This document shows positions 21,678-31,179 of a stretch of DNA of 64,000 nt, piece by piece. The notes under the pieces are model-generated. The model was given only the letters and a program-made list of their open reading frames with translations. It was not told the DNA's origin and did not search any database. Position numbers and translations under genes: made by a program. The DNA comes from Alphaproteobacteria bacterium (GTDB lineage Bacteria; Pseudomonadota; Alphaproteobacteria; SP197): NCBI GenBank assembly GCA_964291265.2, contig OZ219747.1, forward strand, positions 3,840,001 to 3,904,000. Direction: 5' to 3'. Within the stretch, counting starts at the first letter, position 1. Every line of letters starts with the position of its first letter.

Positions 21678-22735
21678 TCCCCTTCATCGTTGTCATTCTC
21701 GAGGTGGGCGATGTTGCCATCATCGGACATCAGGATAGCGATCGGACGCGTCTGCCGGAACTGGGCGAAGATGATGAGAGCCATGACCGTGATCGGCACG
21801 CTGAGGAACATGCCGATGATACCCCACAGGCTGCCCCACAGGGCCAGTGAGAGAAGGATCACGAGCGGACTGAGCTTGAGGGTGCGCCCCATCATCCGGG
21901 GTTCGATGACATTGCCCGTGACGATCTGCGTGGCGCCCAGCAATGCCGTCACGATGAGGAAGGGCGCCAGGGGTTCCGCGAACTGCGCCAGGGTCAACAG
22001 GGCCGGAAACACAAACCCGAGGATCGAACCGATAGTCGGGATGAAGTTCAGAAAGAAGATCAGCACCGCCCAGAACTCCGCGAGATCAAGTCCGACGGCC
22101 TTCATGACGATCCACGAGACGACGCCCGTCACGACGGACAGCAGGCTCTTGACCCAGAGGTAGGTGCGAATATCGGAATTGATCCTGGAGATGACATGGC
22201 TTGTGCGGACAATTCTGCCGGCATGGCCGCCGAGCAGGGCGTTGAGCTTGGAGGCAGCGTGCCCCTGCTCCACCAGAAGGAAGGAGAGATAGACCAGGAC
22301 GATGCCGACATTGCCGACGAAGCTTGCCATTCCGGAAGCGAGCGAGGTGACGAGACCGGCAAGGTCGACCCGGCTGCGGATCTCGCCGATCGTCGGCAGT
22401 TCGGCAACGCCGAAGAAGGCGGCGGCGTTGCCGAAGTGCTGCACGAGGTTGGCCTGATAGAGTGGCGCGGCGTCCACCACGGCGTTGGCGTTGGCAAGGG
22501 TCAGGTCGACCAGCACGGCGACGAGGGCCATCACCGTGGCAACGGCAAGAACGAGGGTGAGCCAACCGGGGCGGGCACCCGCACGGGCGTAGGCCTGGCG
22601 CAGCGTGGCGATGAGGTACCACAGGACGACAGCGACGACGAAGGGGAGGATGAGCGCGCGGCCCTCCACCACGAGCCACAGCGAGAACCCCGTGACTGCA
22701 GCCCACAGTACAATGGCCGGGAGACCCTTCGTCAC
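21665..22735 (-). CDS. AI-2E family transporter
   Basis: LNFIPTIGS, GNVIEPRMMG, WGIIGMFLSVP. Confidence 0.9.
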   Translation of the reverse strand: MTKGLPAIVLWAAVTGFSLWLVVEGRALILPFVVAVVLWYLIATLRQAYARAGARPGWLTLVLAVATVMALVAVLVDLTLANANAVVDAAPLYQANLVQHFGNAAAFFGVAELPTIGEIRSRVDLAGLVTSLASGMASFVGNVGIVLVYLSFLLVEQGHAASKLNALLGGHAGRIVRTSHVISRINSDIRTYLWVKSLLSVVTGVVSWIVMKAVGLDLAEFWAVLIFFLNFIPTIGSILGFVFPALLTLAQFAEPLAPFLIVTALLGATQIVTGNVIEPRMMGRTLKLSPLVILLSLALWGSLWGIIGMFLSVPITVMALIIFAQFRQTRPIAILMSDDGNIAHLENDNDEGECPK

Positions 22736-22916
22736 GCCGCCTCACCTCCCTGAGCCGCACACGGTCACTCAACGGCACCATTCACCATCAACTGCACCGC
22801 TTGCAAGGGTTTTGGGTTGACATGATGCGGCATCCCCAAGATTCTGAGTCCATGGCAAGGACTCTGGAATCGTGCCGGAGTGCCAGTGAATCAATCAGAG
22901 GGAAGGATCAACCATC

Positions 22917-24563
22917 ATGGTACACCCCTACTACAGCAATCTGCAGGAGCAGCTTGCAGAAGGACGGCTCGAGCGCCGCGAATTCGTGCGCTATTCGGCC
23001 CTGCTGGGTGTGTCCGCCTCGACAGCCTACGCTGCGGCGGGTCTCATCAGCGGCGAGGATTTCGCACCCCGCGCCGTGGCTCAGGACAAACCCACCGGCG
23101 GCACCATGCGCATCGGCATGCGTGTCTACACCATCAACAATCCGCATACGTTCTCTTGGGTCATCGACTCCAACATCGTCCGCCAGGTCTGCGGCTATCT
23201 CACCCGCACCGGCACCGACAATGTCACCCGCCCCGACCTTCTCGAAGGCTGGGAAGTATCCGATGACCTCCTGACCTGGGATCTGAAAATTCGCCCGGGC
23301 ATCATGTGGCACAGCGGCCGCGCCTTCACCTCCGAGGACGTCGCGTGGAACCTGCGCCGGGTTCTCGACCCCGAGTCCGGTTCATCGGTTCTGGGCCTCA
23401 TGAAGGGCTACATGATGAACGACGAGGGCAGCATGCTGTGGCGGGACGACGCCGTCGAGGCCGTCGACGATCACACCGTCCGCCTCAACACGCGTGCCAA
23501 GAACATCGCCATCCCGGAACACCTGTTCCACTATCCCCTTCTGATCCTGGATCCCTCTGAAGACGGCGTGTTCGGCGTCGGCTCCAACGGGACGGGCCCC
23601 TTCAGGCTCGTCGAGCACGTGGTGAGCGAAATCTCGATTCTCGAGAACGCCGGCAGCGCGACGTGGCATCGGGAGGGACCCTACCTCGACCGTCTCGAGT
23701 TCATCGACCTCGGCGACGACCCTTCCGCCGCCATCGGCGCCATCGCGTCGGGTCAGGTGGACGCCGTTGACGCCGGGGATGTCGTTCAGCTCGACGCGTT
23801 CAAGGCCATGGCTGACATCCAGGTCAACGCCCAGACCACGGCACAGACGGCGGTGGTTCGCGGTCAGGTTGACGCGAAGCCGTTCGACGATCCCAGGGTA
23901 CGCGTCGCACTGCGCCTTGCTGTCGACACGCCCTCGATCCTCGAGGCGGCGCACCGCGGCGTCGGTTCCCCCGCCGAGCATCACCACGTCTCGTCCATTC
24001 ATCCCGAGTATGCCGAACTGTCGTGGATGGGACGGGATGTGGCAGCGGCGAAGGACCTTCTCGCAGAAGCCGGATATGCCGATGGCCTCGATCTCGAGAT
24101 CGCCTGCAAGAAGGATCCGGCATGGGAGCTTCTTGCGGTCCAGACCATGGTCGAGCAGTGGAAGGAGGCGAACATCAACGTCGCCATCAACCTCATGCCG
24201 TCCGACCAGTTCTGGGATGTCTGGGACAAGGTTCCTTTCGGCTTCACCTCGTGGACACACCGTCCACTCGGCTTCATGGTGCTCGGACTTGCTTACAGGA
24301 CGGGGGTGCCATGGAACGAGAGCCACTACGCCAATCCGGAGTTCGACGCGCATCTCACCGAGGCCGAAGGCATCCTCGATGTCGACGAACGGCGCAAGGT
24401 CATGGCCAAGCTGCAGACCATCATGCAGGAGGACGGACCGATCATCCAGCCGGTATGGCGTGGCGTCTACAACGTCCAGAACTCGAGGGTGAGGGGCTAC
24501 GGGATGCATCCCACCACCTACATCTTTGCCGAGGAACTGGCGATCGAAGCCGCGGAGTCCTGA
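22917..24563 (+). CDS. ABC transporter substrate-binding protein, family 5 (peptide/nickel), Tat-like N-terminus
   Basis: ERREFVR, NGTGPF, KPFDDPRVRVA, WNESHYANPEFD. Confidence 0.9.
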   Translation: MVHPYYSNLQEQLAEGRLERREFVRYSALLGVSASTAYAAAGLISGEDFAPRAVAQDKPTGGTMRIGMRVYTINNPHTFSWVIDSNIVRQVCGYLTRTGTDNVTRPDLLEGWEVSDDLLTWDLKIRPGIMWHSGRAFTSEDVAWNLRRVLDPESGSSVLGLMKGYMMNDEGSMLWRDDAVEAVDDHTVRLNTRAKNIAIPEHLFHYPLLILDPSEDGVFGVGSNGTGPFRLVEHVVSEISILENAGSATWHREGPYLDRLEFIDLGDDPSAAIGAIASGQVDAVDAGDVVQLDAFKAMADIQVNAQTTAQTAVVRGQVDAKPFDDPRVRVALRLAVDTPSILEAAHRGVGSPAEHHHVSSIHPEYAELSWMGRDVAAAKDLLAEAGYADGLDLEIACKKDPAWELLAVQTMVEQWKEANINVAINLMPSDQFWDVWDKVPFGFTSWTHRPLGFMVLGLAYRTGVPWNESHYANPEFDAHLTEAEGILDVDERRKVMAKLQTIMQEDGPIIQPVWRGVYNVQNSRVRGYGMHPTTYIFAEELAIEAAES

Positions 24564-24580
24564 GGCACCGCCGACATGTC

Positions 24581-24612
24581 GGACGCAAGGGGCGCTCAGG
24601 CCCCTTGCGTCC
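24581..24612 (+). terminator. Probable intrinsic terminator
   Basis: GGACGCAAGGGGC-6nt-GCCCCTTGCGTCC, 13-bp stem followed by a T-rich tract. Confidence 0.7.
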
Positions 24613-24627
24613 ACTTGTCTTTCGTTC

Positions 24628-24653
24628 CAATCACCGCGTGACCGAACGCTTAC
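24628..24653. repeat. Solitary IS66-type terminal inverted repeat
   Basis: CAATCACCGCGTGACCGAACGCTTAC, reverse complement of the GTAAGCGTTCGG... ends at 28372 and 37612. Confidence 0.75.
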
Positions 24654-24960
24654 GGCGACCCTGTGCCGGGTCGCCCGCACCATAGAAGACTACGCTCGCA
24701 GGAAAGTGCGGGAATCCCTTCGCTTGGTGATTGTTTGGCGACCGGCCCGGCAACCCTGCTGTGCCGAGCACACAGGGAGTTCCTATGCGTATCTCAGCTA
24801 TCGCGGCCGTATTGGCCGCCCTGTTCCTCATTTCATGTGGCGGAGGGGGAGGTGGCGGGATGGCCGTTGGGCCTGTTCCTCGGGGGCAGATTCCGCCTAC
24901 GCCTCGTGTTCCTTCACCGGACGCCAGCGATAACCGATACGCCATTCACCCCGGCCTAAC

Positions 24961-26910
24961 CTGAAGTTCCAGAACCGATCAGACGTATCGTTATGAATGT
25001 ATTGACGTTTGAAAAAATCGGGTGTGTCGCTACTGGGAACGCTGCAGGCGTATGCCGAGGTAGTCCAGGGCCTTTTTCTGGAGCGGCGTGGGCCGCGTGG
25101 TGACCTGGAAGGGTTGGGCGCCCGCAAGGCGGGGCGCCACGGTGTTGCGGGTGATGGTCGCGAGATCATCGAGGAGGGTGCGGAAGCTGTGCACCGGATC
25201 ACCCCCGTGTGTCCTCTTGGTTGCCGCCTTGGCCCGGGCGCTCGCCGAGACTTCTGCCGGCGCCACGACGGACGGCCGCCGGGCCTCGGCGCCTTCGGCA
25301 TCCTCGTCGTCGAACAGCATGGGCTTCAGTTTCTGGCGCATGTGCCATTCAACGTAGTAGGCGAGCATGCACAGGAAGACATGGGCGCGGACCCGGGGTT
25401 CGGTGCGGTGGTAGACGGGGCGGACCTTCAGATCCACGGTCTTCAGGTTGCGGAAGGCCCGTTCCACCGAACTCAGCCGCTTGTAGGCGCGCACCGTGCC
25501 GGGACCGTCGAGCTCGCTCTGCGGCAGGCTGGTGCGGATCACGTAGAGGCCGTCGAGCCTGGCCTCGGCGGCGATGGCAGCCTCATCGCGCCCATAGGTG
25601 AAGACACCCTCGTCGTCGATGGACCACGTGAAGTGCTTCGCCATCTTGTACTTGCCGATGACCTTGCCGACCCTCTCCCCGATCTTGTCGGCACCCTTGA
25701 GACGGCGCTTGTCGCGCCGTGTCGCTGCGGCGATCGGTTCAAGCAGGGCCTCGGTGGCCTCGAGCAGTTCCTGGCGCTTGCGGGCCCGGTCCTCGGCCAG
25801 CAGGGGGTTGCGGCAGACCATGAGGCGTTCGCCGGGATACGCATCGCTGGTGATCTCCACCAGGTCCCTCTCGTCGAAGAGCGACATCTCGACGTCGCCG
25901 GCCTCCACAAGGGCGCGGATGGCCGGTCCCCTCAAGGCGCTGATCCAGTCCAGGCCCGCAGGCTTCACCTCCTCGCGTATGCGCGCCTCGGTCAGCATCC
26001 CCCGGTCTCCCACCAGCACCACCTTCGCCAGGGAGAAGCGCTCCTGCAGCGTGGTGATCTGTGATGCCACCGTCCCGGGGTCCGCCGTGTTGCCGGGGAA
26101 CACTTCCACCGACACTGGACAGCCGTCCCGATCGCACAGAAGGCCGAACTCGATCTGCAGCTTGCCCTTCTTGCCATCCCGGGAATGACCCCTCCTTGCC
26201 AGGGGACACGCTCTCCCCTCCATCCATGCCGAGGTCAGGTCATAGAGCACCAGGCAGCCCTCTTCGAGGCGCCGCTTCGCCAGGGACCGCTCGATCCTCT
26301 CCTGACGCTCCAGGAGCCAGTCCATGGCGCCGTAGAGGGCGTCCTCGTCCATCTCCGCATCGAGGACCTCGCCCAGGGTGCTGACCGCCGTGGCCTCGGC
26401 CAGCCCCCTGGCCGTGGCCAGCTTCGAGGCGGGCTCGAGGATGCGTGCCACGATCATGGCCAGGACCTGATCGCGCTCAGGCGAGGGCTTCGGGTCGATC
26501 AGCCTGTCCAGTCCCAGCTTCTTCAGGGTTCCCAGCACTGCGGCGACATGCCCATGGGGTAGGGAGCGGACGATGTCGAAGGCGTCGTCACGACCGACGA
26601 GGGGTTCGTTCTTCAAGAACCGCCGCAGGGTCTCGACCTTTTCCATGGGCCAGGAGGAGAGATTGGCGATGGTGCGCTTCTTGACCTTGCCGTTCTCGCG
26701 CCATCCCTCTCGCAGGAGGACGGCGGGGGGTGAGTTACGGTTGGGGACGATGTCTACGTACATGGCAACGTATATGGGGGCGTAAGCCCACCGTGTCAAG
26801 GGAAAACTTCGCCGTTACATGGGAACATTCTCGCGCCATCATCGCGCTATTTTGCCAACACAATCAACCGGTTATCGTGACTCTGCCGCTGAAATCGTCC
26901 GGAACTTCGG
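24961..26910 (-). mobile_element. IS1634 family insertion sequence (1950 bp)
   Basis: Ends CTGAAGTTCCAGA / TCCGGAACTTCGG (11 of 13 inverted match); 6-bp TSD CCTAAC at 24955-24960 and 26911-26916. Confidence 0.93.
25030..26763 (-). CDS. IS1634 family DDE transposase
   Basis: MYVDIVPNRNSPPAVLLRE, LYDLTS, GHSRDGK, VGDRGM, VERAFRNLK, AHVFLCMLAY; intact frame. Confidence 0.95.
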   Translation of the reverse strand: MYVDIVPNRNSPPAVLLREGWRENGKVKKRTIANLSSWPMEKVETLRRFLKNEPLVGRDDAFDIVRSLPHGHVAAVLGTLKKLGLDRLIDPKPSPERDQVLAMIVARILEPASKLATARGLAEATAVSTLGEVLDAEMDEDALYGAMDWLLERQERIERSLAKRRLEEGCLVLYDLTSAWMEGRACPLARRGHSRDGKKGKLQIEFGLLCDRDGCPVSVEVFPGNTADPGTVASQITTLQERFSLAKVVLVGDRGMLTEARIREEVKPAGLDWISALRGPAIRALVEAGDVEMSLFDERDLVEITSDAYPGERLMVCRNPLLAEDRARKRQELLEATEALLEPIAAATRRDKRRLKGADKIGERVGKVIGKYKMAKHFTWSIDDEGVFTYGRDEAAIAAEARLDGLYVIRTSLPQSELDGPGTVRAYKRLSSVERAFRNLKTVDLKVRPVYHRTEPRVRAHVFLCMLAYYVEWHMRQKLKPMLFDDEDAEGAEARRPSVVAPAEVSASARAKAATKRTHGGDPVHSFRTLLDDLATITRNTVAPRLAGAQPFQVTTRPTPLQKKALDYLGIRLQRSQ

Positions 26911-28153
26911 CCTAACGGCAGCGGACGCCAAGCGCTCACCGATTTACCGCACCGGGAACCTGCTGCGGGTCGGCGTCGATCAGGGAGCGGGGCCGGAGGG
27001 GCTGCAAAAGACGACCGTCCCTGGTATCGCGAACGTCGAAATCGGCTACGGGAGACTCGATGACGGCGCGGGCGCCGCGAACCTTCAAGCCTATCTGTCT
27101 TCGGTCTCAGGATATTCCGGCCTGTCCCGGCGTGTGCCCGGCTACGAGGTCCGTGTCATCGGGTCTTCAACGGCGGAAGAGCGCGCCCGCGTCCTGGCGG
27201 CCGTCCAGCTCGTCAACGCCGCGCTCCCTGAAAACGCAAAGCTGAGCGTCGGAGCGCCGCTTACCGATTTCAGCCTCAAGCACACAGTCGATTCCGGCGG
27301 CAAATATTTCGGCGCCGGTCAGGAACTGCCGAACACGATCCATGTCGAGTTCGTCCCAGAAAACGAGTTCCATGGCAGGGACAGGGGGGCCGCAGCAACG
27401 TCATGGGGCGAATACATACTCCTGTCGCGCGGTAGCTTTCAGGCGTATGCCGATGAACGCTCAGCCGTGATCCTGATCGCCCACGAGTTTGTCCATTCGC
27501 TCGGGATAGGCGGACATGTCTCGGACAGCTTCGACACGATCATGGAAGCGAGCAACAGGGTTTATGACTTTGCTCAAGGCGAGCGCCAGCCGGCGTCCCT
27601 GCTGTATCCGATTGACCGGGAGGCGATGCGGGCGCTCTACGGGCGGCTTCTGGATAGTGCCGACCCGCAACAGCTCGGGCCGTGGTCCGGCATGTCCGAA
27701 CACTTGTTCGTCAGCAACGAACATGGCGCTTTCGGCGTTGCCATGCGCAACCGCTATGCCGAACCGTGGGCCTACGGAACCGCCCCGGCCTCCAACTTGG
27801 CATCAAACCGACAACTGTCCGGCGCCGCCGCTTGGACCGGGGTCCTGGTCGGCTTTACGCCAGAGGCGGAGCGCGTAGCGGGCAACGCCGGCATCGCCGT
27901 GAATCTTGCGAGCATGGACGGGACGGCCACATTCACCGATCTGGCAACAATCGAGGACAGCGGGCTGACGGCGCAATGGAAGGACGGCGATCTGCGCTAC
28001 ACCATCGTGGTGCAGGGCAACACGCTTCGGGAGACTGGCGGCGATGCCGGGCGCCTGACCGGGATCTTCGCCGGGCGCTCGCACGAAGCGGTCGGCGGGA
28101 CTTTGGAGCGGGTCGATCTGACGGCGGCGTTTGGAGCCGTCCGGTAGCCGCCA

Positions 28154-28191
28154 GACGCCCCGAGGGTTCCGTTCCTCCCCCTCGGGGCGTC
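28154..28191 (+). terminator. Hairpin downstream of the lipoprotein gene
   Basis: GACGCCCCGAGGG ... CCCTCGGGGCGTC, 13-bp stem; no U-tract. Confidence 0.5.
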
Positions 28192-28248
28192 CCCCGTGGT
28201 ACAATGAGGCACGGCTGGCGTGAGCCGCCGAAAACTGGAGATACCGAC

Positions 28249-28371
28249 ATGGACGAGACAGAGAAGCGCCCGCGTGGCCGACCCGTAGAGTATCCGTTGC
28301 CGGAGCCGATCCCGGACACTCCAGAAACATCATGCGCGCGATCCTCGCGACGCCGCCGAAGCGCGAAGATG
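28249..28371 (+). pseudogene. Small Pro-rich protein remnant, frameshifted and truncated by an IS66 end
   Basis: RBS GGAG; MDETEKRPRGRPVEYPLPEPIPDTPE, continuing after a frameshift as NIMRAILATPPKRED. Confidence 0.5.
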
Positions 28372-29380
28372 GTAAGCGTTCGGTCAAGCGGTGATTGTTG
28401 GTGATATTCACCGGTTGAGGATGCGTTTGGGAGGCGGTTCGCTGTCGGGTCCGAAGACGATGGGCTCGGGCTGGCCCGGCTGGTGCCTGGGTGGCGGCAG
28501 GATGATGAGGCCGTCGTGGTGCATGGCCAGAAAGGGGCGTCCTGATCCACGACTGCTGGGCTGCCTACATGGGCTACGATCAGTGCCGCCACCAACTGTG
28601 CGGCAGCCATCTCCTGCGCGAACTGACCTTCGTCGTCGAGTCCAACGGCTACCGCTAGGCGCGACTGATGAAAAGCCTGCTGCGCGAGGTCTCCCGCAGG
28701 GTCAACAAGAGCGCATCCAAGACCTTGAACGAGGCCGACCGCCGGGCCGTGCGCAAGCGCTACCGCACCATCCTCACCCAGGGCGCCAGGGAACTGCCCG
28801 ACATCCCGCCACGGACGATGAGGAAAACGGGGACGCATCGCAAAGTCCGACGCGCACAACCTGCATGAACGTCTCGTGAAACACGAGAAGTCCGTCCTGC
28901 GCTTCATGAAGGACCCCAACGTCAGTTTCACCAACAATACCGGAGAGCAGAAGATCAGGATGACAAAGGTCAAGATCAAGGTGTCCGGATGTTTCCGCAC
29001 CATGCTCCACGCCAAAGCATGGTGCCGAGGCTCAAACTACCTCACCGCCATGGACGCACTCGGCTACAACCCTCTCGTCGCCATCCAGATCGCCCTCGAC
29101 GGAAAGGCCGTAGACATCCTCAACGAGCACTACGGACAACCAGACCCCAACAAGGGGTGAGTAGTTACAACACAAGGTGCATTCGCGCATGGGTACATTG
29201 TGAGCCTGACGAATCCGACAAATAGCGCAAAATCAACGAGTTGTTGTGAATGTCAGCAGGAATTCGTCCGGAACTTCGGCATAATCGAGACCAGGCCGAT
29301 TTACCAGTCCTTTCTCAGACAATAGTCAGCAAGCCCCAAACCAACCAAAATCAGCCATCACCGCACGGCCGAACGCTTAC
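28372..29380. mobile_element. Collapsed IS66-family relic with nested remnants of a second IS66 (ISBst12-like) and an IS1634 end
   Basis: Both ends match the ends of 37612-40494; internal transposase fragment, TGAGTAGTTAC end and 16-nt copy of the IS1634 end; no TSD visible. Confidence 0.82.
28532..29160 (+). pseudogene. IS66 (ISBst12-like) transposase C-terminal fragment
   Basis: GVLIHDCWAAY..HQLCGSHLLREL..; premature stop and frameshift; FTNNTGEQKIRMTKVKIKVSGCFR; followed by GTAGTTAC terminus (29161-29168). Confidence 0.82.
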
Positions 29381-29567
29381 TCTCCACCAGGCCGGCTGCG
29401 CGGCGTTGACTGCCCGTCCGCCCTGCGGTCATGCTTCCGTGGCGCCTGCCGCCGCCAGCGATGCGCAAGCCGTTGCATGGAACAATGTCCCGCAGGCCGC
29501 GGCAGGCACGGGGCCGCGGGGCGTCCGCCCGGTCAAGGGGATGACAGGCAGTCGTGGTGCACGCCTA

Positions 29568-30128
29568 TCAGGGCCAGAGATCGGCCAGGCTGAAGGTGAT
29601 GGCCTCGAAGGGAGGAACGCTGACGGGGTCATCGTCCTTGAGCGAGGCGATCAGCAGCCACTGGCCGTCCCGGAGTTCGAAGGCCTCCAGACCGCTGGCG
29701 AGGGGATCGACGAACCAGAGCCAGGAAACGCCTTCGCGGGCATAGATCGGCCGCTTCTCATGCAGGTCGGTCTTGCGGGTTCCGGGGGAGAGCACTTCGC
29801 AGACCCAGTCCGGCGCGATCGCGAACCAGGCGGTGTCGGGATAGTCGGGCATTCGCTCCCGGCGCCAACCGGCCAGATCGGGCACGAGGACATCGTCGCA
29901 GAGGTGCAGTTCCGGCTCGTCGATGATCCACCAGCCGCCCGGCCCGACGGAGTCGTAATCGAAGGGGCCTCCGATCTTGACGCCGAGCGATGAACCAGCG
30001 CGTGCGTGGCGTGGGGCAGGCCGGGGGTGCGTGTGGAGCGCGCCGTCGATCACCTCGGCGACCATGTGGGCCGGGGCGTTCAGCACGTCCCGGTAACCGG
30101 CGCGGCTTTCCTGTTTCAATGCCTGCAT
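29568..30128 (-). CDS. Uma2 family (DUF820) PD-(D/E)XK endonuclease
   Basis: AEVIDG, EPELHL, VPDLAGW, PDWVCEVLSPGT, WLWFVDP. Confidence 0.9.
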   Translation of the reverse strand: MQALKQESRAGYRDVLNAPAHMVAEVIDGALHTHPRPAPRHARAGSSLGVKIGGPFDYDSVGPGGWWIIDEPELHLCDDVLVPDLAGWRRERMPDYPDTAWFAIAPDWVCEVLSPGTRKTDLHEKRPIYAREGVSWLWFVDPLASGLEAFELRDGQWLLIASLKDDDPVSVPPFEAITFSLADLWP

Positions 30129-30374
30129 GGGGAGGCGCTCCTTTCCGAAACGAAACTACATGCCGGCGGGACCGGAGTCTTCCCCGGTATCGTGCCGGAC
30201 CTGCGGTCATCCGGTGACCGGACCGGATCAACCGAGGCGTTTGCCATCCCTTGTCAAGGGATCCCGCCATGATAAAATGACTGCAGGCGTTCAACCAAAC
30301 GGTGACGATGATGACAGTGCCAACGACGCATTGCTGCTGGACACGCCTCCATTCGTTCAGTGCTGTCATCACCC

Positions 30375-30400
30375 CAATCACCGCTTGACCGAACGCTTAG
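30375..30400. repeat. Solitary IS66-type terminal inverted repeat (terminal base mutated)
   Basis: CAATCACCGCTTGACCGAACGCTTAG; 25 of 26 identical to the reverse complement of 28372-28397. Confidence 0.72.
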
Positions 30401-30850
30401 CCTTTTTCCTGAAGGCTTGAGGAACCCGGCTGCGAACACCGGTACACCGGAACGGGAGCTCGAGGAGCGAGACGGCTGGGTCGTAGCCGGTCTCCGGGCC
30501 CTGCCTGGCACTCGGCACCGAGCCGGATGGGACAGGACCTGCAGCGCTCGCGCCTTCGACCCGCAACCGCTTGGCCGGCCGCAGACGCTCCCGGGACCGG
30601 GTCAGGCGCGAACCGAGACGGTCGAGGTCGACATCCCGCACCGGTACCCAGGACTCGTCCTGCCGTTCAGGGGATGGCGCGTCAGGTGGGGGCGGCGGCG
30701 GTTCGCTGCGGGGGATGTCCGGACAACGAGGGAGGAACAACGTGCCGCACCGGAAGGGAATCACGGAACGTATCGCTCACCATCCCGGAACCGGGCGAAG
30801 TTGGACCACGTACTTCGGCTCAAGGCGCAACCAGTGCGTCGCCTCACAGG

Positions 30851-31177
30851 TCATCGCTCATCCGAGTCGATGATGAAACGGTACCGGGCGAGATCGACGG
30901 TTCCGTGGGCATCCATCGCGATGCCTTCGTGTCTCAGGAGATGTTCCTGCTCGTCGGCGCCGATGGAGCGGCCATGGCTGCGACTCGCCTGACCCCGTGT
31001 GTTGATCACCCGCCACCAGGGAAGCAGTGGATCGCTGCAGCAGGCGAGTGCATAGCCGACCCGGCGAGCGCGGCCCGCACATCCGGCGGCCCGTGCGACA
31101 TCACCATAGGTCATGACCCTGCCCTCGGGAATCCGGCGGACAATGGCGTAGTAGGCATCGTATTCCGTTGATGTCAT
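30851..31177 (-). CDS. Alkyltransferase-like (ATL/YbaZ) MGMT-family protein
   Basis: IPEGRVMTYGDVA, ARRVGYAL, PWWRV (Trp in place of the catalytic Cys of PCHRV). Confidence 0.88.
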   Translation of the reverse strand: MTSTEYDAYYAIVRRIPEGRVMTYGDVARAAGCAGRARRVGYALACCSDPLLPWWRVINTRGQASRSHGRSIGADEQEHLLRHEGIAMDAHGTVDLARYRFIIDSDER

Positions 31178-31179
31178 GG

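Larger units (their letters stand above)
24785..28147 (+). pseudogene. Lipoprotein with zinc-metallopeptidase motif and C-terminal TbpB-like beta-barrel, interrupted by IS1634
   Basis: N-part MRISAIAAVLAALFLISC (lipobox) GGGGGGG; removing the IS and one TSD gives in-frame HPGLTAADAKR; HEFVHSLGIGGH...TIM; barrel ends GGTLERVDLTAAFGAVR. Confidence 0.85.

Noticed and set aside
26819-28147. Stand-alone 442-aa ORF
   Set aside because: Its first about 30 codons are IS1634 end sequence; it is the 3' part of the interrupted lipoprotein
30401-30850. 128-aa minus-strand ORF next to the solitary IS end
   Set aside because: No RBS or recognisable motif; may be decayed sequence
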